From Candidatus Ozemobacteraceae bacterium (GTDB taxonomy: Bacteria > Muiribacteriota > Ozemobacteria > Ozemobacterales > Ozemobacteraceae): DNA of 56,336 bases. The translations under genes and the position numbers were made by a program. Below are positions 46,850 to 55,268 of this stretch, one piece after another (position 1 is the first letter of the stretch; each line of letters begins with the position of its first letter). The stretch spans positions 1 through 56,336 of the forward strand of contig DATCTT010000298.1 in the NCBI GenBank assembly GCA_036567845.1, written 5' to 3'. The notes below the pieces were generated by a model that was not told the origin of the DNA, made no database searches, and worked only from the letters and a program-made list of their open reading frames with translations.

Positions 46850-48091
46850 TCACCAGCTGCCGCCACCACTCAGACCTGGCTGAGCATTCGCTTTCGGCTG
46901 GTCCTCTTCGTCCTCGATCGAAAGCGCATCTGTCACACCTGACTTCACGGGATCGAGAGCGACGCCGGCGGCATTGCCGTAGGCATCCGTCACATTGCCG
47001 ACGAGCGCGTCGTATTCCTGCTGCGACCTGCCAGATTTGAGAGCGAGATCGAGGGAGGGATCCGCGAGGTGGGCCTTTGTGATGCTCGTAGCGATCTGCC
47101 CCGTCCCCGCATCGAAAGCGGCACCGACCGTGGCCGAAACCGCCGAGTTGAACATTTCCCTGCCGGCAATCCGGCGGGCTTCCGCGCTGGTCAGGGCCAC
47201 ACCGGCCCGGTTCGTCTCGCGGATCGTACCGGCCGTTCCGCCGACGAGGGCGTCCGAGACGGCCGAGCCGACGGTGCCGAGTCCGACTTTGCTCGTCACG
47301 ATGCCGACGGTCGATTCGGCGGCCTGAAGGGTCGTTTCAAGCGCGGCAGCCTTGATGAAGCTCTTGTCGTCCGTGATCGCCTTTTCCGCGGCGGTGATGA
47401 GGGTGTTTCCGGTGGCTTTCACGACGCCCACCGCGACCGTGATGGCGATCGATATGCCCTTGAAGATCGGCACAGCCGGGGCTACGGCTGGGAAGATCAC
47501 GGCAATCGGAATCAGAATGGCCGTGATGAGACCAATGGCGGTGCCTGCAGCAGCGATCTTGTCACCAACGCTGACCAGGCTCTCGCCAGCTTCGCGCAGG
47601 GCCTTCTGGTAGATGCCCATGGCGCTCGCGTTCTGGTCGAGACTGTTGTAGACCTTGGTCGGATCGGTTTTCGCCGCCGCCTGGAGGGAGCCGCTCTTGA
47701 GCAGCTTCATCGTCGCCTCGGCGTCGGCCTTGAGCTTCTTGATATCCTCGTTGGCCCGGTCGATCTGGGCCTTGTATTTGTTGTATTCCTCTTCCTTCTG
47801 GCGCTTTTCGCGTTCTTCCTTGGACTCGCCCTTGAAAAAACCGGCGATATTGCTGCCCCAGGATTTCACCGTGTCGATGGCGTTGATGGTGAAATTCGCC
47901 ATGCCGCCGAGTTCCAGCGGTTTGATCGCCATGATGGCGTCATACGTTTTCTGATACTCGGCAACCGATTTCTCGATCTGAGCTTTCTGGTTCTGGGCAT
48001 CCTGAGCGTATGTCCAGGTCGGGGCAAAAATCTGAAGGATGAATGCCAGGATCGTCAAAACGGAGATCAGTTTTCGCGAAACCTTTTTCAT
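46850..48091 (-). CDS. Secreted coiled-coil protein with central hydrophobic hairpin and Gly/Ala-rich C-terminus
   Basis: Sec signal MKKVSRK...TYA; charged coiled coil; about 45-aa hydrophobic segment at residues ~179-224. Confidence 0.75.
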   Translation of the reverse strand: MKKVSRKLISVLTILAFILQIFAPTWTYAQDAQNQKAQIEKSVAEYQKTYDAIMAIKPLELGGMANFTINAIDTVKSWGSNIAGFFKGESKEEREKRQKEEEYNKYKAQIDRANEDIKKLKADAEATMKLLKSGSLQAAAKTDPTKVYNSLDQNASAMGIYQKALREAGESLVSVGDKIAAAGTAIGLITAILIPIAVIFPAVAPAVPIFKGISIAITVAVGVVKATGNTLITAAEKAITDDKSFIKAAALETTLQAAESTVGIVTSKVGLGTVGSAVSDALVGGTAGTIRETNRAGVALTSAEARRIAGREMFNSAVSATVGAAFDAGTGQIATSITKAHLADPSLDLALKSGRSQQEYDALVGNVTDAYGNAAGVALDPVKSGVTDALSIEDEEDQPKANAQPGLSGGGSW

Positions 48092-48215
48092 GGATACACC
48101 CCCCGATATTTTATTGCTCTCTCAAGTATATATCCATCTGCGGGGAATTTGTTACAGAGGTACCGCGAAATTCCGGCCCGCCTGTTGCTCTCCGGATAGT
48201 CCTGGGTCCAAAACA

Positions 48216-49628
48216 TCACTTGAACAGCTCTTTCATCCGCCTGATCTGTTCGAGCTCGACTTCGCCCATCTCGGAACTGGCACTCTTTCCGGTGCCGGGG
48301 GTCCCTTCCTGGACGGTCTGAGCCGTCTGGTTCGAAGTCCCGGCGCTGCCGGTGACCGGCTGTTCGCTGACACTCTCGGTTCCCGAGGAGTTCTGGGAGT
48401 TCATGAGACGCTCATAGTTGATGCGATCGATCAGGGTGATCTGGTCAAGCGCCTCCTTGCGGTAGGGATTTCCGTATTCCTTCAATGGCAGGAAGTTCAG
48501 CCGCGCTTCTTCCAGGCGCTCGGCGCGCATGAGCTGCGTCGCCAGTTCGAACCGCATCATTGAATCGTTCGGATTCTCGGCCACATAGGCTTCGAGCCTG
48601 GGTAGGACCTCCTGCCCGCGGCCGGTGGCCTGACAACAGGCCACAAATCGCTGGAGGAACCCCTGATTGCGCGTATCCGCGGCAGAAAGCTCGTCGAAAA
48701 GGGCGGTGGCCGATGCAAGACGGTTCGTCTGGTACAGACTCTCGGCCATGAGCAGCTTGAGATACATGTCCTGGGGCTCAGCCTCCCGCAGCGGCGTCAG
48801 CAGCGTGACCACCTCATCGAACCTGCCTTGGGAGTAGCGGATTCGGGCAAGGGGAAGCGGAGCAATCAGGGATTCCGAAGCCGTCCCCTTCCAGCCGTCA
48901 ACAATCTGCACAGCCTCTTCAGGCTTGTCCATCTGGATCAGCAGGTCGATCAACGCGCGCGGGGCATCGGGACTGTCGGGAAACTCGTCCATGATCGATC
49001 GGAAGACGCGTTTTGCCCCCTCAAAATCCATTTCATCCCAGTGCCGGTAGGCGATACTCATCAGGAACTTCCGGCGTGCCACCGGGTCGGGCTGCTGCCC
49101 CTGGCCGCGGCGCTGCATGATATATTCCGCCAGGGCCGGGAAGCTGCGTGGCTTCGGAAGGCGGCTCATCGATCCGAACACCCGGATGGCGAGATTGCGT
49201 TCCCCCCGGGAAAGCAGGAGCTCGCCCTTGACGAATGCCAGGAGCACTGACCCGGGATACTTTTCCCGAAGCAGATCAAGACGCTTTTCGGCACGGTCGT
49301 ACCGTTCGAGAATCCGGTCGATGAGAACGATGGCGAGATGCGCCTTGTCTGCTTTCGCTGGATCCGCAAGCTCAGCTTTGAAAAAGGCCATCGCGGCCGT
49401 CAGATCCTGGGTTCGGATCGCGGCGGAGAGAGGCAGGTTATCCGTCAGGACGAACCGATAGTATTGCTGGACACCCTTGAGAAAACTCCGCTCCGCGAGA
49501 GCCTGGAGAGCGGCAAAATACGTGTTTCCGGTTTTCGCTTGAACTGCTCCGCCGGCATCGAGTCTCGGAAGGAGAACGCCTGCAGCGACAAAAGCAAGCA
49601 GCACAATATATATCTTATGCTTTATCAC
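48216..49628 (-). CDS. Exported TPR-repeat protein
   Basis: N-terminal hydrophobic signal, repeated TPR-like helices (IRYSQGRFDEVV, AESLYQTNRL, FELATQL), low-complexity tail. Confidence 0.75.
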   Translation of the reverse strand: MIKHKIYIVLLAFVAAGVLLPRLDAGGAVQAKTGNTYFAALQALAERSFLKGVQQYYRFVLTDNLPLSAAIRTQDLTAAMAFFKAELADPAKADKAHLAIVLIDRILERYDRAEKRLDLLREKYPGSVLLAFVKGELLLSRGERNLAIRVFGSMSRLPKPRSFPALAEYIMQRRGQGQQPDPVARRKFLMSIAYRHWDEMDFEGAKRVFRSIMDEFPDSPDAPRALIDLLIQMDKPEEAVQIVDGWKGTASESLIAPLPLARIRYSQGRFDEVVTLLTPLREAEPQDMYLKLLMAESLYQTNRLASATALFDELSAADTRNQGFLQRFVACCQATGRGQEVLPRLEAYVAENPNDSMMRFELATQLMRAERLEEARLNFLPLKEYGNPYRKEALDQITLIDRINYERLMNSQNSSGTESVSEQPVTGSAGTSNQTAQTVQEGTPGTGKSASSEMGEVELEQIRRMKELFK

Positions 49629-50491
49629 TCGGGCTGTCCTCCTTCCACTTCATGCTGCTGGAGCACATCATCCGGGTTGGTCGTCGCCGGAGGCACCGGC
49701 GGCTGCTGGTCGGATTCTGGGGGGGTAGCGCCCCCCTGCTGCCCGGTTCCCGTCGGTGCAACGCCCGGAGTCAGCGGATCGTCCGCCTCGTCCCCTGGTT
49801 CGTTATCCAGAGCAAGCGGGGGGGTATATTCGTGAATCTGGGAGAAGCCCAGATATTCCCCCCAGGCGGCCAGCCTGGCGATGGGCGGATCGGTGACGAG
49901 CCTGCCTTTCTCGATAATCGCACGCCGGCCCGCAGTGAGCGTATCGCCGCTTCCCTGAAGACGTGCCGAGCCTCCCTGCATCGTGACAACGAGGTTTCCG
50001 TCTCTGGGCAGGACGAAATCGGCGGCGGAATCGTGATCGAGGAGAAGCGAAGTCGAGGCGGCTTGGAGGCGGATCGGGAAGAGACTCTTGCCGTGCTGGA
50101 TCGCGACGCCCCCGCGTTCCAGTTCGAGATGGAGGGTGTAGATGCGAATAGCCGAGCCTGGATTCACCCGCAGCAGCGACCGTTCTCCGAGACGGATACG
50201 CGCTGTCTCGTCACGGCCTGTGACGACGAGTGAACCGCTCGGGATCAGCAACTCCGAACGAAGGTTCTTTGCCGCAACACGCGGACTGCCGCCGGGCGGT
50301 TCCAGCATACCGCCGCCGGGCAGCAGCGTCGCCATGCCCGCGACATACATGTCGCCAAAGCGGTATTTCACGGGGTTATCGGCCGCCAGAGCTAACGTAA
50401 CAGACCATACCACCAGAACGACGGCCAGCAGAATGCCCAGCTGGGCATCGCGATCAAGTTTCATCTTGGCAGGACAGGTGTTCATGTGCAT
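49625..50491 (-). CDS. FecR-domain-like exported protein
   Basis: Signal/TM helix, VTGRDETARIRL..SLLRVNPGSAIRI..LELERG..V.MQGGSARL; Pro/Gln-rich tail. Start may be 50464. Confidence 0.7.
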   Translation of the reverse strand: MHMNTCPAKMKLDRDAQLGILLAVVLVVWSVTLALAADNPVKYRFGDMYVAGMATLLPGGGMLEPPGGSPRVAAKNLRSELLIPSGSLVVTGRDETARIRLGERSLLRVNPGSAIRIYTLHLELERGGVAIQHGKSLFPIRLQAASTSLLLDHDSAADFVLPRDGNLVVTMQGGSARLQGSGDTLTAGRRAIIEKGRLVTDPPIARLAAWGEYLGFSQIHEYTPPLALDNEPGDEADDPLTPGVAPTGTGQQGGATPPESDQQPPVPPATTNPDDVLQQHEVEGGQPE

Positions 50492-50576
50492 CCATCCCCT
50501 CTCGCCAGAAAGTTCATCGGGGTATCCCTCTCACGGTATTACCAGCCCGGAGGAGAGAGGTTACACCCCACCGGAA

Positions 50577-51053
50577 TCATTTGATCTTGTCGATGAAGGC
50601 ACTGCCGGTCGGATCGTTCTGCCGATACCCCTTGACAAGGCTGGAACTGCGCCGGATGCGCCTGAGTTCGGCATCAATCCCGGCATGGGTTTCCGCGATA
50701 CGCTTCTGGAACAAGCGATCTGTTTCGACAAGAGCTTCGAGCGCCCCGCGAAACCGTGCAACGGCCTCGAGGGCCGGGAGGGCTTCCCCCTGCAGAACCG
50801 CCAATACATCCGCAAAACCGGCGACGGGATGGTCGGGGCGGCTGGAGGAAAGAGCCTTAACGAGCTCCTGCTCAACATCCTTGACCTCCAGGAGGGCGAG
50901 GTCGCGGTGATCGAGAAGCTGGGCGATCTCTTCCAGGGGCGGGTCAGGAATGTCGAGCAGAGCCCGAGCATGTTCGGTCAATTCGCCGTACAGCAGGCAC
51001 AACCGCTGCAGCCCCAGCAGAAGCCGGTCGCGCAGGGCGGTATCGATCCCCAT
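50577..51053 (-). CDS. FlgN/FliT-like helical chaperone
   Basis: All-helical, 158 aa, with C-terminal GY......SAFIDKIK typical of FlgN/FliT-like proteins. Confidence 0.55.
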   Translation of the reverse strand: MGIDTALRDRLLLGLQRLCLLYGELTEHARALLDIPDPPLEEIAQLLDHRDLALLEVKDVEQELVKALSSSRPDHPVAGFADVLAVLQGEALPALEAVARFRGALEALVETDRLFQKRIAETHAGIDAELRRIRRSSSLVKGYRQNDPTGSAFIDKIK

Positions 51054-51080
51054 GGGCAGCCTCCTTCCGGACGGTCACGA

Positions 51081-52748
51081 TTATTTCGCCGGTTTTGCCG
51101 TCACGAGATTCGTCAGACGTTCCTTGAGCTTCTCGAACAGGTTGTTCGAAAACAGAATCGTTTCCTTGTGCTGGGCGGACACAGCTTGGCCACGCCGATC
51201 GCAGCCAGTGAAGGTTTCGATGATCGAGACGCCGGTCCGTCCGAGTTTGTGAATGGCGATGAGAAATTCGAACGGCCAGAAGAACCCGCGGAATCCATCG
51301 GGAGGCCGGGGCATCGCGGGATCGCCGACCATGACAAAGATGGGAAAATCCTTTTCGTCGAAGGCGTTGAAAAACCAGGTCGACTGATCCCAGCCAAGAT
51401 AGCAATCCTTCTGGTTGAAGGAGTAGACGCGCTTCACCCGTTCGGTGAAGTTGATCGAGCCGACGACAATGTCGGAGCCGTCTGTGTGGGCAAGCTTCTG
51501 TTCGATCGTGTTGATCGTGAAGGGGATGCCCCGCTTCTCGAATGCCACTGTTTCGAGTTTGAGAATGGCGTTGAACCGATCGATGACAAGCGGCTGGCTT
51601 TTGAACCCAAGGGCCATTGCAAGCTGGTTCTGCAACCTTTCATACTCGATCCGGAGCTGCTCGCAGACGGCCTTGAGCTGCTCGACCCGCTCCGGATCGG
51701 TGCGAATCTTGATCGTGGCCTGTCGGAGCTGGTTTTTCGCCTCGACATACTCACTGCGGGATTTCTTGAGCAGCACCTGCTCCTCGGCAATCGTTCGTTT
51801 CTTGAAACCGCGGGCGCCGGAGACGCCCAGACCGGCTTCCCGGATCTCGCTGATGATGCCCGAGAGACCGAGCCCCTCGCGTCCTTGCCGGACGACTTCG
51901 AGCAGCTTCTCGAGTTCCCCCTGGACCATCGCAGCGGTCGGATACCGCGCCGCTGGATCCCGGGAAAGGAGCTTGAGGACGATCTGCTCGAGTTTCTGGG
52001 GAATCTCGGGAACGAGCTGTCGAGGCGGTGGGAAGTTCCAGCGCGTCTGGGAGAGAAAGACCTCCATCTCCTTCTTGCCCTCGAAGGGCAGGCGCCCCGT
52101 CAGTTTCTCGTACATCACGATCCCGAAGGAGAACAGGTCGGATACCTGGTCGACCGGCTTGTTCATCAACTGTTCGGGGCTTGCATAGACAACCGTATAC
52201 AATTTTTCCCCCGGCTGGTCGAGATCGCCGTCCTCGCGGACGTGTTTGGCGATGCCGAAGTCGATCAAGCGTGGCGAGTATTCCGGCCCGGTGAGAATGA
52301 TATTCTGCGGTTTGATGTCCCGGTGAACAAGCCCCTGTTTGTGGACATAGCCGAGGGCATCGAAACACTTAATGAATAGCAGGAGATATTCTTCAATCGT
52401 GGGAAGCGTCTGCTTGATGCCGAGGGTCGTCGCGGAATGGCTGCGGGGAAAGGCGTCGAGCGACAGGCCTTTGACATACTCCATCGCGAGGTAATGGAAG
52501 TCGTTGTCATACCCCGCGTCGACGAATTTGACGATGTTCGGATGCTGGAGGGATCTGAGGATCTGCCCTTCAAGCTTGAACCGCTCGAGAATGGCGGGAA
52601 CCTCGGAGCATTCCGGGGAAAGCAGCTTGATGGCGACAAGCTGCTCGGATTTGAGCTCGTACCCGATATAGACAAAGCCCATCCCCCCACACCCGATCAT
52701 GTCGAGGAGTTTGTAGCGTTTCAGTTCGGGTGCCGAGATCATGGCCAT
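51081..52748 (-). CDS. Soluble Hanks-type Ser/Thr kinase with coiled coil and unknown C-terminal domain
   Basis: IGCGGMGFVY, VAIKLL, HRDIKPQN, DFG, YASPEQ, DLFSFG; no TM or PASTA. Confidence 0.93.
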   Translation of the reverse strand: MAMISAPELKRYKLLDMIGCGGMGFVYIGYELKSEQLVAIKLLSPECSEVPAILERFKLEGQILRSLQHPNIVKFVDAGYDNDFHYLAMEYVKGLSLDAFPRSHSATTLGIKQTLPTIEEYLLLFIKCFDALGYVHKQGLVHRDIKPQNIILTGPEYSPRLIDFGIAKHVREDGDLDQPGEKLYTVVYASPEQLMNKPVDQVSDLFSFGIVMYEKLTGRLPFEGKKEMEVFLSQTRWNFPPPRQLVPEIPQKLEQIVLKLLSRDPAARYPTAAMVQGELEKLLEVVRQGREGLGLSGIISEIREAGLGVSGARGFKKRTIAEEQVLLKKSRSEYVEAKNQLRQATIKIRTDPERVEQLKAVCEQLRIEYERLQNQLAMALGFKSQPLVIDRFNAILKLETVAFEKRGIPFTINTIEQKLAHTDGSDIVVGSINFTERVKRVYSFNQKDCYLGWDQSTWFFNAFDEKDFPIFVMVGDPAMPRPPDGFRGFFWPFEFLIAIHKLGRTGVSIIETFTGCDRRGQAVSAQHKETILFSNNLFEKLKERLTNLVTAKPAK

Positions 52749-52782
52749 GGGGGATGAGCTCCGTCAGTGGGGTGTGGCGTCG

Positions 52783-53331
52783 TTACTTCTTGGTGGCGAT
52801 GAAATCGATGCGCTCCTGGGCGTTTTTCGCGATCTTCGAGCCGGGCTTGAGGCGGATGACTTCGGACCATTCTTTCTGGGCCTCGGCCTGCATGCCCTTC
52901 TTGAAATAACTGTTGGCCAGGTAGTAGTGCTGGTTTTCGTTGTTGGGTTTGATCGCCAGGGCGCGCTTGTAGGTGTCGATCGCCTTGTCGGTTTCATTGT
53001 TGCTGTAATACATGAATGCCAGCCAGTCGAGCAGGTCGACATTGTTGGGGTCGGAGACGAGCAGCTTCTCGACCTCGGCAATTCCCTCGCCGGTGCCAGC
53101 CGTGTATTTGGTCAGCAGCTCCTCTTCCTCTTTTTTCATCTGATTCTGGAGATCGTTTCCGGACAACACCTGCTTGAACCGCTTCGAGGTGACACTCGCC
53201 TTCTCTTCTTCCGACTGGTCGGCGGCAGTCGACTCGGCCGGTGCTCCCTTGTCCTTTGAGACGAGGAGTACGACAACGATGGCGACGAGCACCACCACAC
53301 CCACGATGATCATCAACGTTACGGCATCCAT
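52783..53331 (-). CDS. Membrane-anchored TPR protein
   Basis: N-terminal TM helix, TPRs LDWLAFMYY..AIDTYKRAL.IKP, HYYLANSY..A..EW..VI.L.P. Confidence 0.85.
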   Translation of the reverse strand: MDAVTLMIIVGVVVLVAIVVVLLVSKDKGAPAESTAADQSEEEKASVTSKRFKQVLSGNDLQNQMKKEEEELLTKYTAGTGEGIAEVEKLLVSDPNNVDLLDWLAFMYYSNNETDKAIDTYKRALAIKPNNENQHYYLANSYFKKGMQAEAQKEWSEVIRLKPGSKIAKNAQERIDFIATKK

Positions 53332-53398
53332 ACCCTAATCCCTCCTGCTATGAGGATGTTTTCAACAATTCTTTGGCCCGTCAGGCCATTCCAAACCG

Positions 53399-54226
53399 TC
53401 ACCCGATCCCCCATTCCGCTAGAAATGCCTTGAACCTATTCCAGGAATACCGCCCGGGGCAGGTGACGGGCACTTCGTCAACCAGCACGGCAACGGCCGT
53501 GGCATTGTCGGGGGCGCCGCCGGCGTAGGCATGCCTGACCAGCCGCTTCGCCAGCCCGGTGAACGGCTTCCTGGCCAGCTCGTCCCGGATGGTCTCTTCG
53601 GGAATCGGCCCGTAGATCCCGTCGGAACAGAACAGCAGCACATCCCCCGCGACAAGATCGACAAGCGAGGTGTCGATGTTCACGAACTCGCGCACTCCGA
53701 GAGCGCGGCTCAGGATGTGCCGCGCGGGGTGGTTCCTCGCCGCGGCTGCGTCGAGAAGCCCGGCCCGCACCTGTTCGGCGACGAGCGTGTGATCGTTCGT
53801 CAGCTGGCGCACCCGGCCGTCGCGAAGCAGATACGCCCGGGAATCGCCCACATGGCCGAGAACCAGCTGGCTGCCCGAAATGACCCCTGCCGTCATCGTC
53901 GTTCCCATGCCCTGGCACTCAGGATGTGCCTTCACGTGCTGCCAGATGGCATGGTTCGCCTCGGAAAACGCAGCTTCGAGAGCCGCCAGCCCGGCCCCTT
54001 CGGGACGGGGCCCTCCAAGCCAGCAACGCAGCGAGTTCGTCGCGATCCGCGAGGCGACTTCCCCCGCGGCATGCCCGCCCATTCCATCGGCAACTCCGAA
54101 CAGACAGGCCCCGGCCGTCAACGCCGGCTCGCGCCAGGGCGGGACCGCCAGGGGATTGTCTTCATTGTTGCGTCGGACGAGTCCGCGGTCGGACAGACAG
54201 GAAATCTGCACTTGCGTGCCTTTCAA
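53399..54226 (-). CDS. PP2C-family Ser/Thr phosphatase (Stp1/PrpC-like)
   Basis: DRGLVRRNNED, VADGMGGH, GMGTT, HVGDSRAY, SRALG, CSDG, DNATAV; TTG start. Confidence 0.93.
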   Translation of the reverse strand: MKGTQVQISCLSDRGLVRRNNEDNPLAVPPWREPALTAGACLFGVADGMGGHAAGEVASRIATNSLRCWLGGPRPEGAGLAALEAAFSEANHAIWQHVKAHPECQGMGTTMTAGVISGSQLVLGHVGDSRAYLLRDGRVRQLTNDHTLVAEQVRAGLLDAAAARNHPARHILSRALGVREFVNIDTSLVDLVAGDVLLFCSDGIYGPIPEETIRDELARKPFTGLAKRLVRHAYAGGAPDNATAVAVLVDEVPVTCPGRYSWNRFKAFLAEWGIG

Positions 54227-54248
54227 TCAGCGTCTCTACTTCGGCGGC

Positions 54249-54278
54249 ATTATACCCATCCTGTTCCGGATGGGTCAA
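54249..54278 (-). promoter_or_regulatory. Sigma70 promoter TTGACC-18-TATAAT for the PP2C gene, spacer occupied by an inverted repeat
   Basis: Reverse complement of 54273-54278 and 54249-54254. Confidence 0.7.
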
Positions 54279-54317
54279 GCACGGATACGGGGCCAGGGAA
54301 CGGTCGCACGAGAGTCG

Positions 54318-55103
54318 TCACGGCAGGAAGTTTTTGACGATCAGCGCGACACCACACAACGAAACGACGCCGCCGGCCACGAGCAGCCAGAAGACGCGGG
54401 ATTCGGCATCGGCAACCAGTTCCTCTTCGGACTTGGTCGAGATGACGAACGTCACATCGCTCTTCAGACGCCGGGCGATCGTGGGCGCCTCGCCTCCCGA
54501 GTGCAGTTCCCCGAGCACATAGCCGGGCTGGTTGACGGGGAAAAGGCGCTCCTTGTGCTCGATGCCGAGGATGCGGTGATTCGCGTCAAGGGCGGGAAGG
54601 GCGCTGACGTATCCCATGCTCAGGCTGCCGGTCGCCATGACCTGACCGATCGACGAGGCCGGGGCCGGTTCGAACCGGTCGATCACCTGGATACCGTCGA
54701 TCTCCGCCTCTTCGGGCCGCACCATCACGCGGCCGGTCGAATCCTGGATCCAGAACGGGACCATCGAGGTTTCGGAACGGACCACACGGTGTTCCGTCTT
54801 CGTCTTGCGCTCCTGCTGCTTCGTCTGCTGGTTCGTTTCGAAATAGGTGACCTCGATCCGCTCGCGGCTTTCACACGAGAACCAGACGCAGGGCTTGCCC
54901 GACAGAGGCGCCATCAGCGGGGAATCACACTGGATGGTCCCCTTGACCTCAACAGGTTTACCGGCCGAGACGGCTCCATCCTTCAGCTCCTGGGCCGTGG
55001 ACGTTCTCGTCCCTTTGATCTGGGCCACTTTTGCCTGTTCCAGATGCCGCCAGTATAGGAGCGCCAAACCAATCACGAGCACAAAAATGCCAACAGCCAG
55101 CAT
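54318..55103 (-). CDS. GIDE-domain (MUL1/SP1-like) two-TM protein, no RING
   Basis: TM - VEVKGTIQCDSPLMAPLSGKPCVWF..PFWIQDSTGRVMVRP..E..FPV....YVLG..FVIS.KSEEEL - TM. Confidence 0.75.
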   Translation of the reverse strand: MLAVGIFVLVIGLALLYWRHLEQAKVAQIKGTRTSTAQELKDGAVSAGKPVEVKGTIQCDSPLMAPLSGKPCVWFSCESRERIEVTYFETNQQTKQQERKTKTEHRVVRSETSMVPFWIQDSTGRVMVRPEEAEIDGIQVIDRFEPAPASSIGQVMATGSLSMGYVSALPALDANHRILGIEHKERLFPVNQPGYVLGELHSGGEAPTIARRLKSDVTFVISTKSEEELVADAESRVFWLLVAGGVVSLCGVALIVKNFLP

Positions 55104-55228
55104 ATCGGACCCCCTCCGTCCTCAAATTTTCCGCAACTCGGTCCACGCGGTCTCTGCCCTCATGATGCCCGAGGCAGGAGTCTTCTGACAAGAAAAAGAT
55201 GTATCCCCACGGCTCCCCCACCCCAGCA

Positions 55229-55237
55229 TGCTACCAT
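55229..55237 (+). promoter_or_regulatory. Candidate extended -10 (TGCTACCAT) for the J-domain gene
   Basis: Lies upstream of the GGGAGG RBS and ATG 55269. Confidence 0.45.
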
Positions 55238-55268
55238 TGAAGAGGAACCCTCGGGAGGCATCGACAAC

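Noticed and set aside
50142-52379. 745-aa plus-strand ORF
   Set aside because: Antisense shadow of the kinase and FlgN-like genes.
51081-54226. Calling the STK/PP2C pair a T6SS PpkA/PppA module
   Set aside because: No FHA protein or any tss gene is in the window, and the kinase lacks a TM segment.
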